The notes under the pieces: generated by a model
Told to the model about the DNA's origin: nothing
What the model saw: the letters and a program-made list of their open reading frames with translations, nothing else
Database searches by the model: none
Shown here: positions 23,901 through 37,900 of the stretch, in pieces
Numbering within the stretch: position 1 is the first letter of the stretch
Layout of the letters: every line of letters starts with the position of its first letter
Assembly: GCA_000934665.2 (NCBI GenBank)
Contig: KZ537988.1
Coordinates: 1-64,000 of the forward strand
Origin: Catajapyx aquilonaris
Taxonomy: Eukaryota
Direction of reading: 5' to 3'
DNA length: 64,000 nt
Program-made: the position numbers and the translations under genes

Positions 23901-26900
23901 GAGATGTCAATCGGAAGGCTTGTATTTTACCCGGGGACATCGGAGAAGCAACTGGGCTTGAGATAAAATGCTGCTGGGGAACGAATGATTTAGGCCGTGG
24001 GGGTCCCCTCCGGCCTGGGTTCAAAGGCCAATATCCAAACCTCATGTATTGGTGAGAGGGTGGAAGGGGGTTGGGTGGAAGTGACCTGAATTCCCCATCC
24101 CAACTGGAGAACCGTTAGTTACATTGTCGACTAGTGTGTTAACGTCGGCATATACGTGAGGTGTAAATCTCTTTTGTTGCGCATTCACCTCCCGTGGAAG
24201 AATAAATCTGCACTTCCTCAGCTTCGGAGATTTTGGTCACTCAGTGACTTCCTTTCGCAGCCGGAGCTGTAAATCTTGCGGGCCCGCGATACCATCGGAA
24301 CAAGTCTCCTGTGTCTCACAAAGGGCAATTACGATACGTCACCCTCCGCTGATAATTAATTGGCGACATGTTAAGAATAATGCAGGATGATGTTCGCCGA
24401 AAATCTTCAGGCAGTGGTCCCAACAGCAGCCTGCATGTTATGACCCCCAGGTTATAAACTAGTCCATTGAACCAGACACCATGCATGCAGCAGGACCGCC
24501 GGTATTTTTGGCTAAGAAATAATGAAAAGGACCTGCGCTCCATTCCACGCACTGAGACCAGAAAAGGGCCTGCAATTTATTCGTGGGCATGTCGGTGACG
24601 TTGTGTATGGTCATCGTTTTCGGGGGAGGGGTAGAAAGGTATGAAACCCGCCGACATTCCCCCGCCTTTATTTTTGGTGATTTAGATTGGGAGGGGCCAG
24701 AAGTTGGTCACGGAAGGGTGAAGAAGAGACGGTCTATTACCCCTTTCGATATTTCCTGGGGCCGGCTGGTTTTCAAAAGGCCCTTTGTGAACAGCGGAAT
24801 TTAGTACCGGGGACCTAAGGTCGCTTTTGCACAAGCCTGCCACAAGCCAACTATAATCACACAGCTATAGCTTCCTGACGTTACTGCCCTCCCCTCCCCT
24901 CTCACAAATGGTTTCCTGCCTCGAATAAAATAGCAATAAACTGCCCCACAATTAAAAATATTTTCAGACCTGCTTTCAAGGTATCCCAAACGAACCGAGT
25001 CGCATCAGGAGCAGACCTGTTATTATTGTCGTCAGTATGTGCGTGGTGACTTGTGCTAACCCAGAGGGGTGTGGAAACCAGCAAAACTGCTCTCCCTAGC
25101 TCAGGCTCCTTGGGTTCCCCAATTGGAGGGGGGCGCCTGCATGGCATAGCAAAGCCGACCTCAAGAATTACGGTGCCGCGGCTGCAATGTGCTGCGCCGG
25201 AGAAATGGGAGAGCGGGTGACACAAGGCATGATCTATGTCTCAATATTGCAGCCAGGAATTTATTGAGGCATGCTACGCTTCTGGGGCCCGAGTGATAAG
25301 AAATCCTTCTCTCTCTCCCTCTCTCTCCCTTTTCCTTCTCCACTTTTCCCACCTTTTCCCCATCACTGGCCAAACAAACCGCTTCAAATATGTTCAACTA
25401 ATGAGTTTACAATTAAGTAGATCTATTCTAGCTCCCGCAACAGGCTCTAGGTTCCAATCCATTACACGCATGGTGCTTCTTCACTTTGGGATAAACTATC
25501 TGGCTGCTGCATCTGCTCGTTATTTCCCTTGAAAAGTTCCCCGGGCTGTATTCAAGAGGCCATCAGGACAGGATGCCGTTGTACACGCGCTCGCAAATTA
25601 ACCCAGCCCGCCCCATTAAAACTACCGTTTGCCCATGGACACGGCCAAGAAAAAGACCTTGTCTGTCTTTTACACTGGTCCTGAATGACGGCGCCAGCAT
25701 CCTTCTCTTTTTTTTGACATAAAAATTGGCCCGATTTAAACTGACCACCCTGCTAAACCATGACACACGCATCAACGATCCTGATATCACTTTCACCTTC
25801 CAACACATTCACATCCATTATCATAATCTCAGCTTGATCCATATCGGAATTATCCCCTTTTTTCGGAGGATTTTGCGTGATTGGCACGTGTTCATTTCTA
25901 GGGGTCGTCCAATCGAGTCATCGGGGCAGGAAGTTGGCAGCACTGATCGCACATTGGACCGTGCCGACGTATGATGCAAGTCGGCAGCATTGTTCCTAAT
26001 CAATGTCTCGATCGCACCTGAACATACTCGACGGAAACATCCATTACCGTCGCAGTACAATTGAACTAAATAAGGTCTCGCGGCAGGGGAGCGGATGCAC
26101 TTCCTACAAAACACTTACCCCCAACGCGCAACTGCCAGCCGCATATTTTTCACCGCAATTTACAGGTTTGAAATATCAACTTACGAGTGGCTTTTCCAAC
26201 CCACCAGACACATGGTGATTAGGCCAAAAACCAGTAGCGGCTAATTAACCGCGCAAAAAAATTAAGACAATGCCAGATAAGCTATCATTTTCAGTCGCCA
26301 CATTACTCACGACTGACTTCTCCTGCACTGCCTTCTATAATAGCCCAGGTAATAGGACTTCAAGATGGTCATGTAATGCAATAAGTCTTCCTCCGCCTGC
26401 AGCACAGTAACCCATTTTAGGGAAGAATAATTTACGATAACGCAATGGTCGTACAAAGTGTAATTATTTTCCCTCCCTCAGCCTCCCTGGACCATGTCCA
26501 GCCACCTTGCCTCCCCCCCCAAAAGATTTAAGTCTCCCTCCCCTTTTTGGGGAGTGTCCTGGACGATGCAAAACACACACTCCCATGGTTTCGTGAAGGG
26601 CTGGACGAGGCGCGCGAAATGGCCGGCCCGAAATGAGTTTCTTCATGTGAGCGCGTGTTTGGCAACGGCGGACCCTTTTCCCTCTCTCTCCCTTGTGAGT
26701 CCGTGATTAGGACCTATTATACCCCTCCCGAGCTGCACTTGGCTGCCGGCAAATAGGCCATGAATGAGGAGAACCCCGCCGGGCAGGTGCAAAGGACAAG
26801 GGGAATAAAGTTTCCAAGTCCGGAAGGAGCCTTTTTGCAGCTTGCAAATCTCGGCCCCCATGAAGCCCTTTCCGGAGGATTCTCTTTTACTTTGTTTCCA

Positions 26901-28120
26901 CCCTGGGTAGACTTGTCCGAAAACTGACTGTCCTGTACGTGTCCGGAAGTGCGCAAGACAACGGTGTTGTTATTTTGCGGCCAGGCCTTTTGGGGGAAGG
27001 CATGCTACATGCATCTGACATTTTGCAAAGTGCGCTGACTTCTGCCCGGAAGGGATGTAAAGAAATATATTTTTTTAAATTCTGGAAAATGCTGACCATG
27101 GATGTCATCCTGAAGCTACAAAAAAAAGGGCAGCAAACGAATCATATTAGCGTATCTAATGCAAATGACGGCTACTGTGCATATTGGCGCCTTTTCATTT
27201 TTTACCCCATCGTATTGTGCACCTCCGCCGGCGTTGTTCCAAAAAGGTGGTTAGAGTCGATTTGGTGAAATTAGATTTTAATGAATATAAAACTGGGCGA
27301 TTATTAGCCAAAAAATCCGGAGCCGTGGTGGAAAAGCGGGGAACAATCGAGCGCACCATACTTAAACTCCAGGCGATTAATTCCAGTGGGGTGGGGTGGA
27401 AAAGAGATGGGTGTGGGGGGGGGGGGGTCGGTGCGATGGATGGGAAAGGCTGGCTTGCCAATGGCAACCGCAAAAACCTTTACACAAACTCAAGTTTCTC
27501 CTACCGGAAATTGCTGCACTTCCTCCACCCCACCCTACCCTCCACAAATCGCTAATTTGAGTCCCAAAAATTGAGCGCCTGTTAATAATGTTGCGGACGA
27601 CACCGAATAAATTACTGTGCCCCAGAAATATGTTGGGTCCGAGAAGTGGTTGAAAAAAAAATGGAGGACCATAAAACTCGGGTTCCCTCTGGCGGAGGAG
27701 GTGAAAGCAGGGGGGGAACCCCCTGTCTTGTGCAGGCAAGGCGCCATAAAGCTGGCGCCCTCATCAGCCGCCATAATGACGACATTACGCCGACCCAGTG
27801 AGCCGGTTTACGAGCGCCAAAGAGGCGTATTCCCCCGACAGTCGAATCCGAATTTGATAGCCCATTTTACTGCCAACGGGCTTGCTCTCAGCGACCAATG
27901 TCAGGGTACTTGTTGAGGAGCTGGCAAGCTGCGGAGGAGGAGACGAGATGGTGGTGAGGGGGGGTGAAAGAGAAGGGGGTGCAAGCCCCATGTTCTTCTC
28001 CTCTAGAAGAAAAAAATTGTCGCTTTTGCATGTCTCGCTGCAGTGTAAGATGCCTCTTGAGAAGTTCTCTCCCCCCTGAATTTTCCTCATACTTTATACC
28101 AAGTTCCACCAAACAACACT

Positions 28121-28176
28121 AAGTTAATCCGCTTAATGCAAACTCGCTTAATGCGAACTTCTTGGCTTAATAGGAA
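28121..28176. repeat. 15-bp tandem repeat CGCTTAATGC(A/G)AACT x2 plus a degenerate third copy; possible terminal relic of a pogo/Tigger-type MITE
   Basis: Copies at 28130-28144 and 28145-28159, degenerate GGCTTAATAGGAA at 28164-28176. The repeat is seen directly. The transposon origin is inferred from resemblance to short subterminal repeats of pogo/Tigger MITEs; no partner TIR was found. Confidence 0.45.
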
Positions 28177-31100
28177 GAGGCGTTCTAAACTCCATTACTA
28201 CAGGCTTAGAAGCGATAATTTTTGCTGCTAGCACCCTTTTCCCCGAAAATTTTGCTCGTCATGCCACTCCATTTGGCAGCTTCAGAAACTCTAACCTGGT
28301 TAGATCAGGCGCTCTAATTCTAATATGGAGTAATGTATCAACCCCGGCGGCACGTAAATCGGTAAAAGAATCCCGGAATCATTTTGTCTGGAGATTCCAT
28401 CAAGGCAGATGTCCCGAGTCATGCGGCAGAAATAGTGAAGAGGGTCCTAAAAGCCCCCAAAACACTTTTTTACGGCCTCGTCATGGCAGGGGGGCCATGA
28501 AAGGACCAGCCCCATTACAAGGTTCAGTTTCAGGGAAGATCCTGTCCGTGGGCCTGTCCGTGTAGATGCCCAATGGTCATCTTTACTGGTGACCCCATCG
28601 GACATGCAAGGATTTACAAGACGAGCGATGGTAAACCCCCACGCCTCTGCCATCAACGTCGGGGCGTCGTAAAAGGGAGAGAGCCCTCCTGGAGAGTCGC
28701 CCTTTGCCAAAATACCTGCAGGTCCACGTGCATCCGTGCCTCAAATCGCTGCTATTATTTGCATCTTCATTTGCCTTCTCCTGGCATAAACCTGCCAACC
28801 AACTTTTTCGGATTGACGTTAAGTGCCCACCTTTCGGTTACACTTGACTTAAGTAGGCCTTAAACGTCGCCGTTTAACTCGCACCTGCCACCTGCGAAAC
28901 CTTCCATTGCCACGTGGTACTATCGCTTTTTTTTATCCATATTATTCTTACCCAAATTTCGGTCCCGTAATCAATGGCTACAAGCACCCATCTCGTAAGC
29001 GTGAGGTTGCTCGATAGGTGGCAGGCGCCGCAAGAGCCCTCTTCGACGTCCCTTCCCCGTCAATCCCCCCTTCTCTCCCCGCCATTCACCCCGTCGCAAG
29101 ATGGCCAAAAATGCCACTGACACAATCCCTCCCTCCCTCATTCTTCCCCCCTTTCTTGAAGCAAAAAAAAAAATAAAGAAACTGGCAAGTGGAGCCCTCA
29201 ACTGGCCCCAGAAAATCCTTGTTTCCGCCATTGCCTAGCCAAAATCCTCCTTTTTATATCCGACTCGGCGTCGTTTTGCTAATGATTCCATTGAGTGCAC
29301 ATAAATCGGCGGGTTTATTTGGCAAAAGTGACAGACTATGACCACAAGACCCGGCCATATTCCCCCCTCAACCGCCGCAGAAAACTGGTAGTAAAATGGG
29401 GGCTGTAATTTTGGAGTCCTCGCAAATTTTCTGTTGGACGTGAGGGTAGGGAGGTGGTGGCTGGGAGGGGAGGACTGGGGGGCAGCAACAGGTTAGTGTC
29501 TTGTGGCTTCTATGCCCTTGCCAAGGGGGAGCACACTTTGACAGGGGGGCACTCTCTGTCACTTCCACGGCCAACAGGACAGCTCTTAATCCTCTCCAAC
29601 CGCACAAGTGGCCTATAGCCCGACAAAGATACTCACGTCGAGTCGTCGTTCCCTTTCCGTTCTGTTATTAATACGCACTCATTTCACAACAATCGACACA
29701 CATGTCTCCTACTGTTGGCTACCAGCACAAACAAGCCGATATCGACCATGACGTCATTCCAGAATAAAAATGGCCCCCAGTTGCATAACAAGGCATGGTA
29801 TTCCCCCTCTCGCCCCTGCAAAATCCATTCCCCAGCACTTCCCGAAGATGGTATGGCCCGTATTATCTGGCTGACCAGTGGACGCAAATGTAATGCTCAG
29901 TTCGCAATTAGTGTGCCTTGCAGCAGCCCCCACCCTGGTCCGGAAATTTTCCCCAGTGACATCCTCAGTTGCAGGCAATTTTCAGTTACACTTTATCCAC
30001 TGGCAGTGGCTCCATCCTGCGGCGGGACTAATCTCGGGGCTGGAAAACGAGCCCGAAGCCGCAACGGTAAGAGGTCAGTTGTGATGCTAACTACACCGCA
30101 TCAGTTTCATTCGCCATTTTGGCAAAAAGAGGCATGGAAGTAGGGGGTAGGAAGGGGGGGGGGGTTCCTAATGGTTTGGGAGAGCGTTGAAAAAGGGGAG
30201 GTAGACTCCCCTCTCAAGGCTTGCTGAAATCGGCCTCATTTCTTGGCGTGTCCACGCCTTGACCGCCGCCCACTTCTCCCCTCCAGTTTCAGGGCAATTA
30301 ATTCTTGGAATGGCTGAGCGCATGTCCGCTATTAGCCGGCCACCAATGATGTACTTGGCTGCAGCTGGGCCAGGCCCGGATATGAAGGTAGTTGTAAACC
30401 TCTCCTTCTCAACACCCCCCACCCACCCACCCAGGCGCCACCATCCCCTCCCAAATCTGGGTATACTGCCCTTTTGCCTGGTGATGAGCCTTTTCCCGCA
30501 CTATCAATCCCCATTTGGTGGGATCCCTCCGAAAAAAAATCACGATGGATGAGACGCAACGTCCAGGCAGTCGGAAGTCTGCCAAATTGCTGCCATTTTC
30601 TCTTCGTTTCCACGTGACACTGCGTCCACTGCGTGACTTGGAGCTCTTTTTCGCAACAAAATGTGTGCCCGCTGCATCTCAGCAGCCCAAATAACTGCAC
30701 AGCATCTGGTTAGCACCAATTCACGGGGTTTGTAACTGCTCGACGGGGTCGTCATCTGCACTCGTAAAACCGGAGCCCTCGGACTTTTCCGTGTTGGGGA
30801 AATATATAGGAACTGGAGGGGGTGGGGTGGGGGGTCAGGAGCGGGGGTGTTTATGCAGGGGACCACCAAGGGGAAGATTGCCACTGCCCTTGGCCAATTG
30901 GACTGTTTAGGACACTTGGCGCCCACTTTTTGCGCTCATCAGATTTTTGGTGCTGGGAAATATGCTGTCTAAGGTCAATATTAGCGGGCCGGTGTCGCCA
31001 TTGGCGCAACACATACATGCAAATGATTTTGGCTGAAGTCACCCTAGGGCCTTTTTCTCTTCTCTAATACCGACCCGCTCTTTTTTTTTCGCCCTGCCCA

Positions 31101-31863
31101 ATTCTATCTTTTCGGATCCCTCATGATTACTCCACTAATTAGTATGCATGCCACCGCTGGCAACACACGCACTTTTTTCCCTCCCCACCAACCACATGAG
31201 TTGCGTATTTCCCCCCATTCCCATCTACCCACCCTCCTTCCTCCGGACAGAACATGGCACATAGGCGGTTGGTGGCTATGATGGGGGTGCACACATACAT
31301 AATCTGCGGGGGGAAGCCATATCCCTCCAGCTGTGGTACCGAGCACCAGGATATATTAAATCATACACATAGCCAGGCTTACAAACTAATTGCCCCGGGA
31401 TGAGCACCTCCAAAAAAAAATACCCCGGCATATAGCTAGATTGTCCGGCGCTCCAGCAGCAGCCTCCCGCCCGTATCAAGGCGTTTTATCAGTAACTGGA
31501 GAAGCCGAGTCTCCTCCATAATCCGCCCTGCTCTCTCTGCAAGGTTCCAACTCACACAACAAGCATCTCATTAAGCACTCCTCGTCTGATTCGGTGGTAA
31601 TTTATGCCCCCCGCCTTCACGAGACTGCACTGCGCTGCCTGCCGCCTCTTGCCAATGTTGCCGCCTAGGTCTTATGAGAGAGCCAGAAAGCCTTCCACCT
31701 CTGGCAACAAGGGTCCCGTTTTTACGCTTAATCTTGCCATTCTCTTCGCTCCTCAAAAAGCATAAGCGTAACGCTTTAGTGCCCGCTGAAGAATGTGTGT
31801 ATTCGCACTATTCGTGCTAAATGCGCGCACCCCCTTCGACAATAAAGTATCACATTATAGTAC

Positions 31864-31950
31864 CTTATCCTGATGGTGGTCACGAGGGACACGTGATGAA
31901 TAGAGTGTCGGGCTTACCTGGAAAGACAAAAGGATCATTATTAGACTTAT
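31864..31950 (-). other. Candidate recursive splice site (ratchet point) at junction 31918/31917 with a 54-nt cryptic RS-exon
   Basis: Minus strand reads AAGTCTAATAATGATCCTTTTGTCTTTCCAG|GTAAGC: branch-like CTAAT, pyrimidine tract, CAG and a consensus donor. Downstream donor AAG|GTACTA (GT at 31863). Confidence 0.68.
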
Positions 31951-34900
31951 TGCCACACTGCAGAATATCGCGCTGGGTATAAGAACCCACATAAATCCTC
32001 CCCTTTTTCGCTTCTCTCTCGTGTGAAAACACATCTATACTCTCCTCCTTTTTCTCCCTCCCCTCTTCACCACCATCCAGAACCACATACCAGAAGGGGA
32101 GTGGAAAAGAAGGCAAGAAAAATTGCCTTTCTGACAGAAGCTCCCCCCTCGGAAATACGACACTAGCCTCTCCACTGGCTAAATTCCGAGGCCTTCTCAC
32201 AATCCTCAAGGTCTGCAGGGGATCCCTTCAACAAGACAGAAATCACAGGCAACCCCTGCAAGGAGCCATGTTCCACCCTGCTGCCACCCTTATTATTCTC
32301 CTTGCATCACACACAAAAAAAATATATATGCCTGACGCTGTCCCGTGGGGACAACCAGCTACCTTGTTCCTATACCTCCCCGAAAAACAACCGATGAGTG
32401 AATAACACTCCACACACGCTCATAAAAAACACACACACACGCCAACCCCTCCCTTCCAGCTCATTTGGACCGCACGGTTTATTTTCGACACCAGCCAAAT
32501 ACCTGACACACTCCCGCTTCTCCTGTTTCTGGGAACTGACAGAGAAAAATAGCACGAAATATGAGCCCGGAGTCTGAGCTTTTCGGAGCCCCAAAATCGA
32601 CAGCATAGGCTGACTCAACAGGAAAACAACTTTCTGGAACCATGATTTACCCACCATGTGAGCATCACACTCGGAATGTTGAAAACCTTATACATTTCCT
32701 TAGTAAAGCACGCACCGCACATTGTTATGCAAAATGGCCGATACCGGTCATGCCTACACCGGTTACACAACTTATTGCATCGCACAAGATCAGTTTATCT
32801 GCCAGAGTTGCCGTGCTTTTGTCAAATCATCTTGATCTCCCAAGAACCGGACAACACGCATACCTCCTCACACCACACCTCTGACTTTTTTTTCTACTTC
32901 CATCCCACTCACTATCCCCCCCTAAAAACAAGACATTCCGGAATATGCTTGGAATGCGCACTGACTTGTACCGGATATAGTGTTCCCACGATTTGTCTCA
33001 AAATGACCCCATGAAAGTTGCCGATGGTATATCTCCTGCCAATCAGAGTGACGGCCACCTAATGGCTGTCCACTCATTCCGTGTGTCGACAAAAGTGCCA
33101 CCTGCTGCCGGCACCCCCTGATGGCTTTTTTGGCGGTGCCGGAGGTGGTGGAGAACACGGTTCTAAAAGGTACCCTACAGATTACCAAACCCTTTCGGTT
33201 TTTGGTTCCCGCCCGGAGCCGCCTCTTGTACCACTCGCGCCCCTGATGGCATTTCCCCGTTCCAACATTCTGTACAACATAGCTCCGGCCGCCGGGGTTG
33301 CCAGCTGGGACCCTGGAAATTTACTACACATCAACCTCGATCAAAAAAAAACAACCCCCAACAACCAAATTTACGTATTAAAATGGACCCGGCTTTAAAC
33401 ACCAAAAATTTATAGAAATTGACGTGAAATCCGAATCCCCACCTGTCCCCCATAAATGACATACGGCTCTCAACAATCAGCTGGAAGGCACTACAAAAAC
33501 TCGCGGGGGGAGCTCAAGTTGCGCCACCAAAGTCAGTCAGACGACATGACAGGAGAGGCAAAGTGATCGATGGAAAAGCCAACGCTCCCAATAATCTGCA
33601 CGCAAATAGTACCATGTTTTTTTTCTCTCTCCCCACTGCGCTTTTCACGGCCAGCCATTTCGTACTTACGCCCACATGTATGCACATTACATATATACTA
33701 ATTGCGGCCAGACACTGTGCATATTTTCCATTCCAAAAATACAGGAAACCCACATCTCCCCCCTCTTCTCTCCCTCATCCCTGGGACCTTCGTGCTGCAT
33801 GCAATGTTTTCATATGTGTAGGATGGCCATGGGTTGTACACGAGGCGCTACCAGCACACGAGGGAACTCGGATTTTCGCCTTCGCACACAGCACGCACGG
33901 AATTCCGTCAGTCTCCGTCTCCTCGTCAGTACCACATATACAAAAAAGGAGAGTGACTGACAAGATGTGAATCTCACTACGTTTGTACGAGGGGGTGATT
34001 AACCATCACGCAGGTCATTGCGTGCCGGGTCCTTTTTACACTGAATTAATGCCGCCTTCTGGGAATTGCATGGGAGGCTTCGCCGGTACACTGCAGTTTG
34101 CCTACCTGCACGGCGACAAAAGCAAGGACGATTGTGACACTAAGCCCACGTCAACCTCGCTTTTTTTTGCACGATTTTCGCAAGGGATGGAAAATTGACT
34201 CGAGTCAGGTGATGCCCTGCGTAATTCGCAGGCATTGTTAGCAAATCGGGATGCAAAGTGCTCCGCCGCACAAACAGCCGGAAAAACTACCATTCTATTT
34301 CCGACCGCTCACGTGTCCTTTCAACATACGCCGCTGAATGTGACCGAAATAAATCGATAAGAATATACAACCCACATATTTTTATTAGTCCCTATTTGCA
34401 CTACCGCTCTCTGGAAAAAGAACCCACCTGAATTATGCAGCCCAGCCCCATGTTAGTTCCGTCAGATTAGTTTGATACGAATCGACCTATTTTCTATCCT
34501 CTTTTCTTTTCTCTCCCCAGATTTCTGGATCAGATATGGCTGCAAAAGGGCCTGTCGTCGCGCCTATTTCCCATGTATCTCCGCTCGACCACAACCTATC
34601 CACTGGTGGTCAAAAGAGACCCCGCTGGGAATTCTGTCCACCCCCACCCCCCTCCCTCACCCTCTACCGCCACTGCGGAACATGTTGGCAACAGGGACGT
34701 AAACCTTCCTACCCCCGCCCCCACCTCCCGTCACATTTTACAAGCTCCCAACAAGCCAATCGCTTCGGTGATGAGTTCTTGATAAGGATGGGAACACCGA
34801 AAATCCATTTGGGGATACACGGCTGCAAGAGCTAAAAAGCCGGTCAGGTACATGGACAGTTAGCAGCGAGATGGCACTCGCTTGTCCTCACCCCCACGTG

Positions 34901-37900
34901 TTCACCACATTTTTTTTTTCAGGTGTGAAATCTCACCTTCCTATACCCTTTTTTTCACCCCCCACCCGCTATGTCGCTCTCTCATAGCTTCCGGTTAGCT
35001 TCAACTTTTAGTGCCCTTTACGTCCTCTCGGTGGATTTCCTTTCCGCCATCTCATTTGAATATACGAGTGTGAAGATGTGGGCAGTTTGTGCTTTCCGGG
35101 GCGGGGGGGGCTGTAGGGCCATCCGACAAGTGTCTAGGGGTGATTTGGACTCCTAGAAGTGCTCGTCCATGATGTGGAGCAATGCGCTTCTGACAAGAGT
35201 CAGGTGGCGACATTGATCATAAAAGTCGGGAAAGTGCCTCCCTGAAAAAGGGACCTGCACAACTGCATTTGTCCACTAATAAGCCGCGTGGCAGCCCCCC
35301 CTTCCCTCCCACACCTCCAAAAAGCTAATATACTAACCTAGTACATAATCATGAAGAGCAGGAAATTGTCCCGGGCAAATGTCGGCGGGCTTCGGGTTAG
35401 TTGACACGTGTCGCTCAAAACTCCCCCCAAGCAAGCCCGGTGCAAAACTCCGAGCTTGCCACAAGAGTCCAATCCGTCCCCGTCACGTACGTCCATCCGG
35501 ACATATCCCCGGGCCCTCCCTCCAAAACTCCAGAGGGGGGCGTCCAGTTTAAATCCCGGAGTGTCCAGGGTGTCAATAGGCCGCAAGGCAAAGCCGCGTG
35601 AAAGGAAGCCTCCCTTATTAAATCATGCCGCATTAAGTCCCCATCCCTCGACCACGTGTATATATACCAGGGAAAGAGATACAGGCATATAATACTGAGG
35701 AAGGGGGAAGGGGGGTGGAAGCCAGCCGTGCAACAAGCAGACAGGTGCATTTGTCAACCGGCATTAAAGGCTAAGGCCCCGGGTATAAGTGGACGCCCCG
35801 AGCGGTATTGTAAGTTGGGATTTAGCGATTGCCGCCTAGGGATGGACACGCAATTGTGCCACCACACTTCAGGCTACCACCCCAAAAAAATTCATCCACA
35901 CACTGTTCTTAGCCATGCAAACAATGGACATTTCCAGCTTGTGTATTATTACACATTTTTGTTGGCAGTTCGCAAAGTACACCCTAGCTGGCGCTGTCGT
36001 TTTAATAGGGAAGAACGGCTGGGGCAGTATATAGGGGTAAACTAGAGTATCGTGAGGGACACCGACGAGAGCCTGGGTCCATCAGTTGAGAAAATCGTGC
36101 CAACATCATAATATGGGGTACTCGGATAATCCTGGGCAGGGGGAAGGAGGCGGGGGAGACTGACTAAGCTGCCTGCGCTCCAGATAAGCGTGCTGTATCA
36201 TTTTATTTGAAAGGTAGTCCCCGACGACACCTCGGCCAAGATCCACAGGCATCCCTGCGGATTTGTTTGAGCACGTCAAACCAGGCCCCATCTCCAAACA
36301 AATTCCCATCAAGTGAGCAAGCTCGTTTGCAGCCAAGCCGACCAGGCGACACTTTCCCAACTGCACACCCTACCCCAGACCAAACACTAGCCGCCTACCC
36401 TCCCCCTGCAAGTTGACGTCACATCCGCCTGAAACCCCCCCTTAATTACACTTAGGGAGCTTAATTAATATCGGGGCAGCCTGGATCGTGTGAGGGACTA
36501 AAGACCAGTGGAGTGGACTCAGGGGTGTTAGATAGTCTGCTAGATGGCTTGTCATTTCTCCTCTGACCAACAGCTGTTGCTGAGTGATATTCTCTAATGA
36601 AGCACATAACCTACAGCCGGTCTAAGAATGCGATTGTTGGCCCCGCTGCCTATGCCACGTTGCACACCAAGGGCCTCCCCGAATCGACTGATGTATCGCC
36701 CCGATGTCGCATAAATGACAAGCTGCTCGTTTAGGTCCAAAAATGTCGCCATATGGTGCGGCTCTACTTATTTCGAACGTTAAAAAAATGTGCAATGTCA
36801 GACCATAAAACATTCGCCAGAAAACAGGTGTACCTTTTAGCCTATATTCTCCTTGTTTTCTAATGAGTAATCATCGTATGACTTCGGATCATATCTCAAA
36901 GGATTTTCTGATTATCTTAGGGTTGCCACAACAAGTTGCGTCCTTTTGCACCGCATGTCGTCCTGTTCTCCAAAAATGACAAAATAATCTGCATGAAAAA
37001 AAGGCAGGTTTTGAGGGGGGACATTTCTACCCAAATGTCATTGTCCACACAATGGACAAATTCTTGGCCGCCTACGCCCAGGCATGTGTAGACAAGTGTG
37101 GTGGAATATGAGCCGTGAGATTTAAAATCCAGGCCAGGTTAAACCAGAGACAGTGCGAGGTAAAAAGGAAAAGAAGAAAAAGTGGACCTTACAAACACTG
37201 TGGAACCAGTTCAGCGTAATAAATCAGTTTGGAGGAGTCTGGAAGGGGAATGGGGAAAGAGAAGAGCTTGTTTGTAGGTCTAGGGGGAAGAAGGGACTGT
37301 GGGGGAGAAAAAGAGAAGAAGGAATAATAATATCGGAGCCTGGCAACCTTGGTACAGGATTATGTGGTGGTCTTGGGGATTCTGGAACTAGCACACAGAC
37401 ACGTTCTCCTTTCGCCTCAGAAAAGAAGCGCAGTTTAGGGTTACCTCTAACCTATGTAACTTTTTTTTTACATTCTGAATATTCCATTCAACCCTTTCAA
37501 AAAACGCTAACCCCAGAAAAGGTCGACTCTAGTTGTTTTTTTTCTTCCACTTCTGCTATACCAAACCCTCTTGTTTACTCTTCGGCCCCCTAATTCTCTA
37601 CTAAAGCGATTTGGTGGCCAGCAGGAAGGGCCAGATAGAGTCCTTGATCTGACAGGTACATATTGACCGGCAGGGTGTACCCTCGAAGAATCCCGAGTGT
37701 TGCGGCGCCGACCACGAAAGACTTTACCCCACAACAATGGGCCGATAGCCGCCCTCTTAAGTAATCTGGTTGATTCCGGCAGACGTTACGTCCATTCCGA
37801 TTTCAGACTTGCCCCTTGCACGTTTTACCAGGACCGGTCGGGTGTACGAATCAGCAAAAGCACCAGCACAACCCTTATGGGAAATAAAAGGGATTGCAGG

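Noticed and set aside
34098..34130. Third possible recursive site, minus strand CCTTGCTTTTGTCGCCGTGCAG|GTAGGC
   Set aside because: Interrupted pyrimidine tract, weaker donor, no good downstream donor, and only about 2 kb from the stronger site at 31917.
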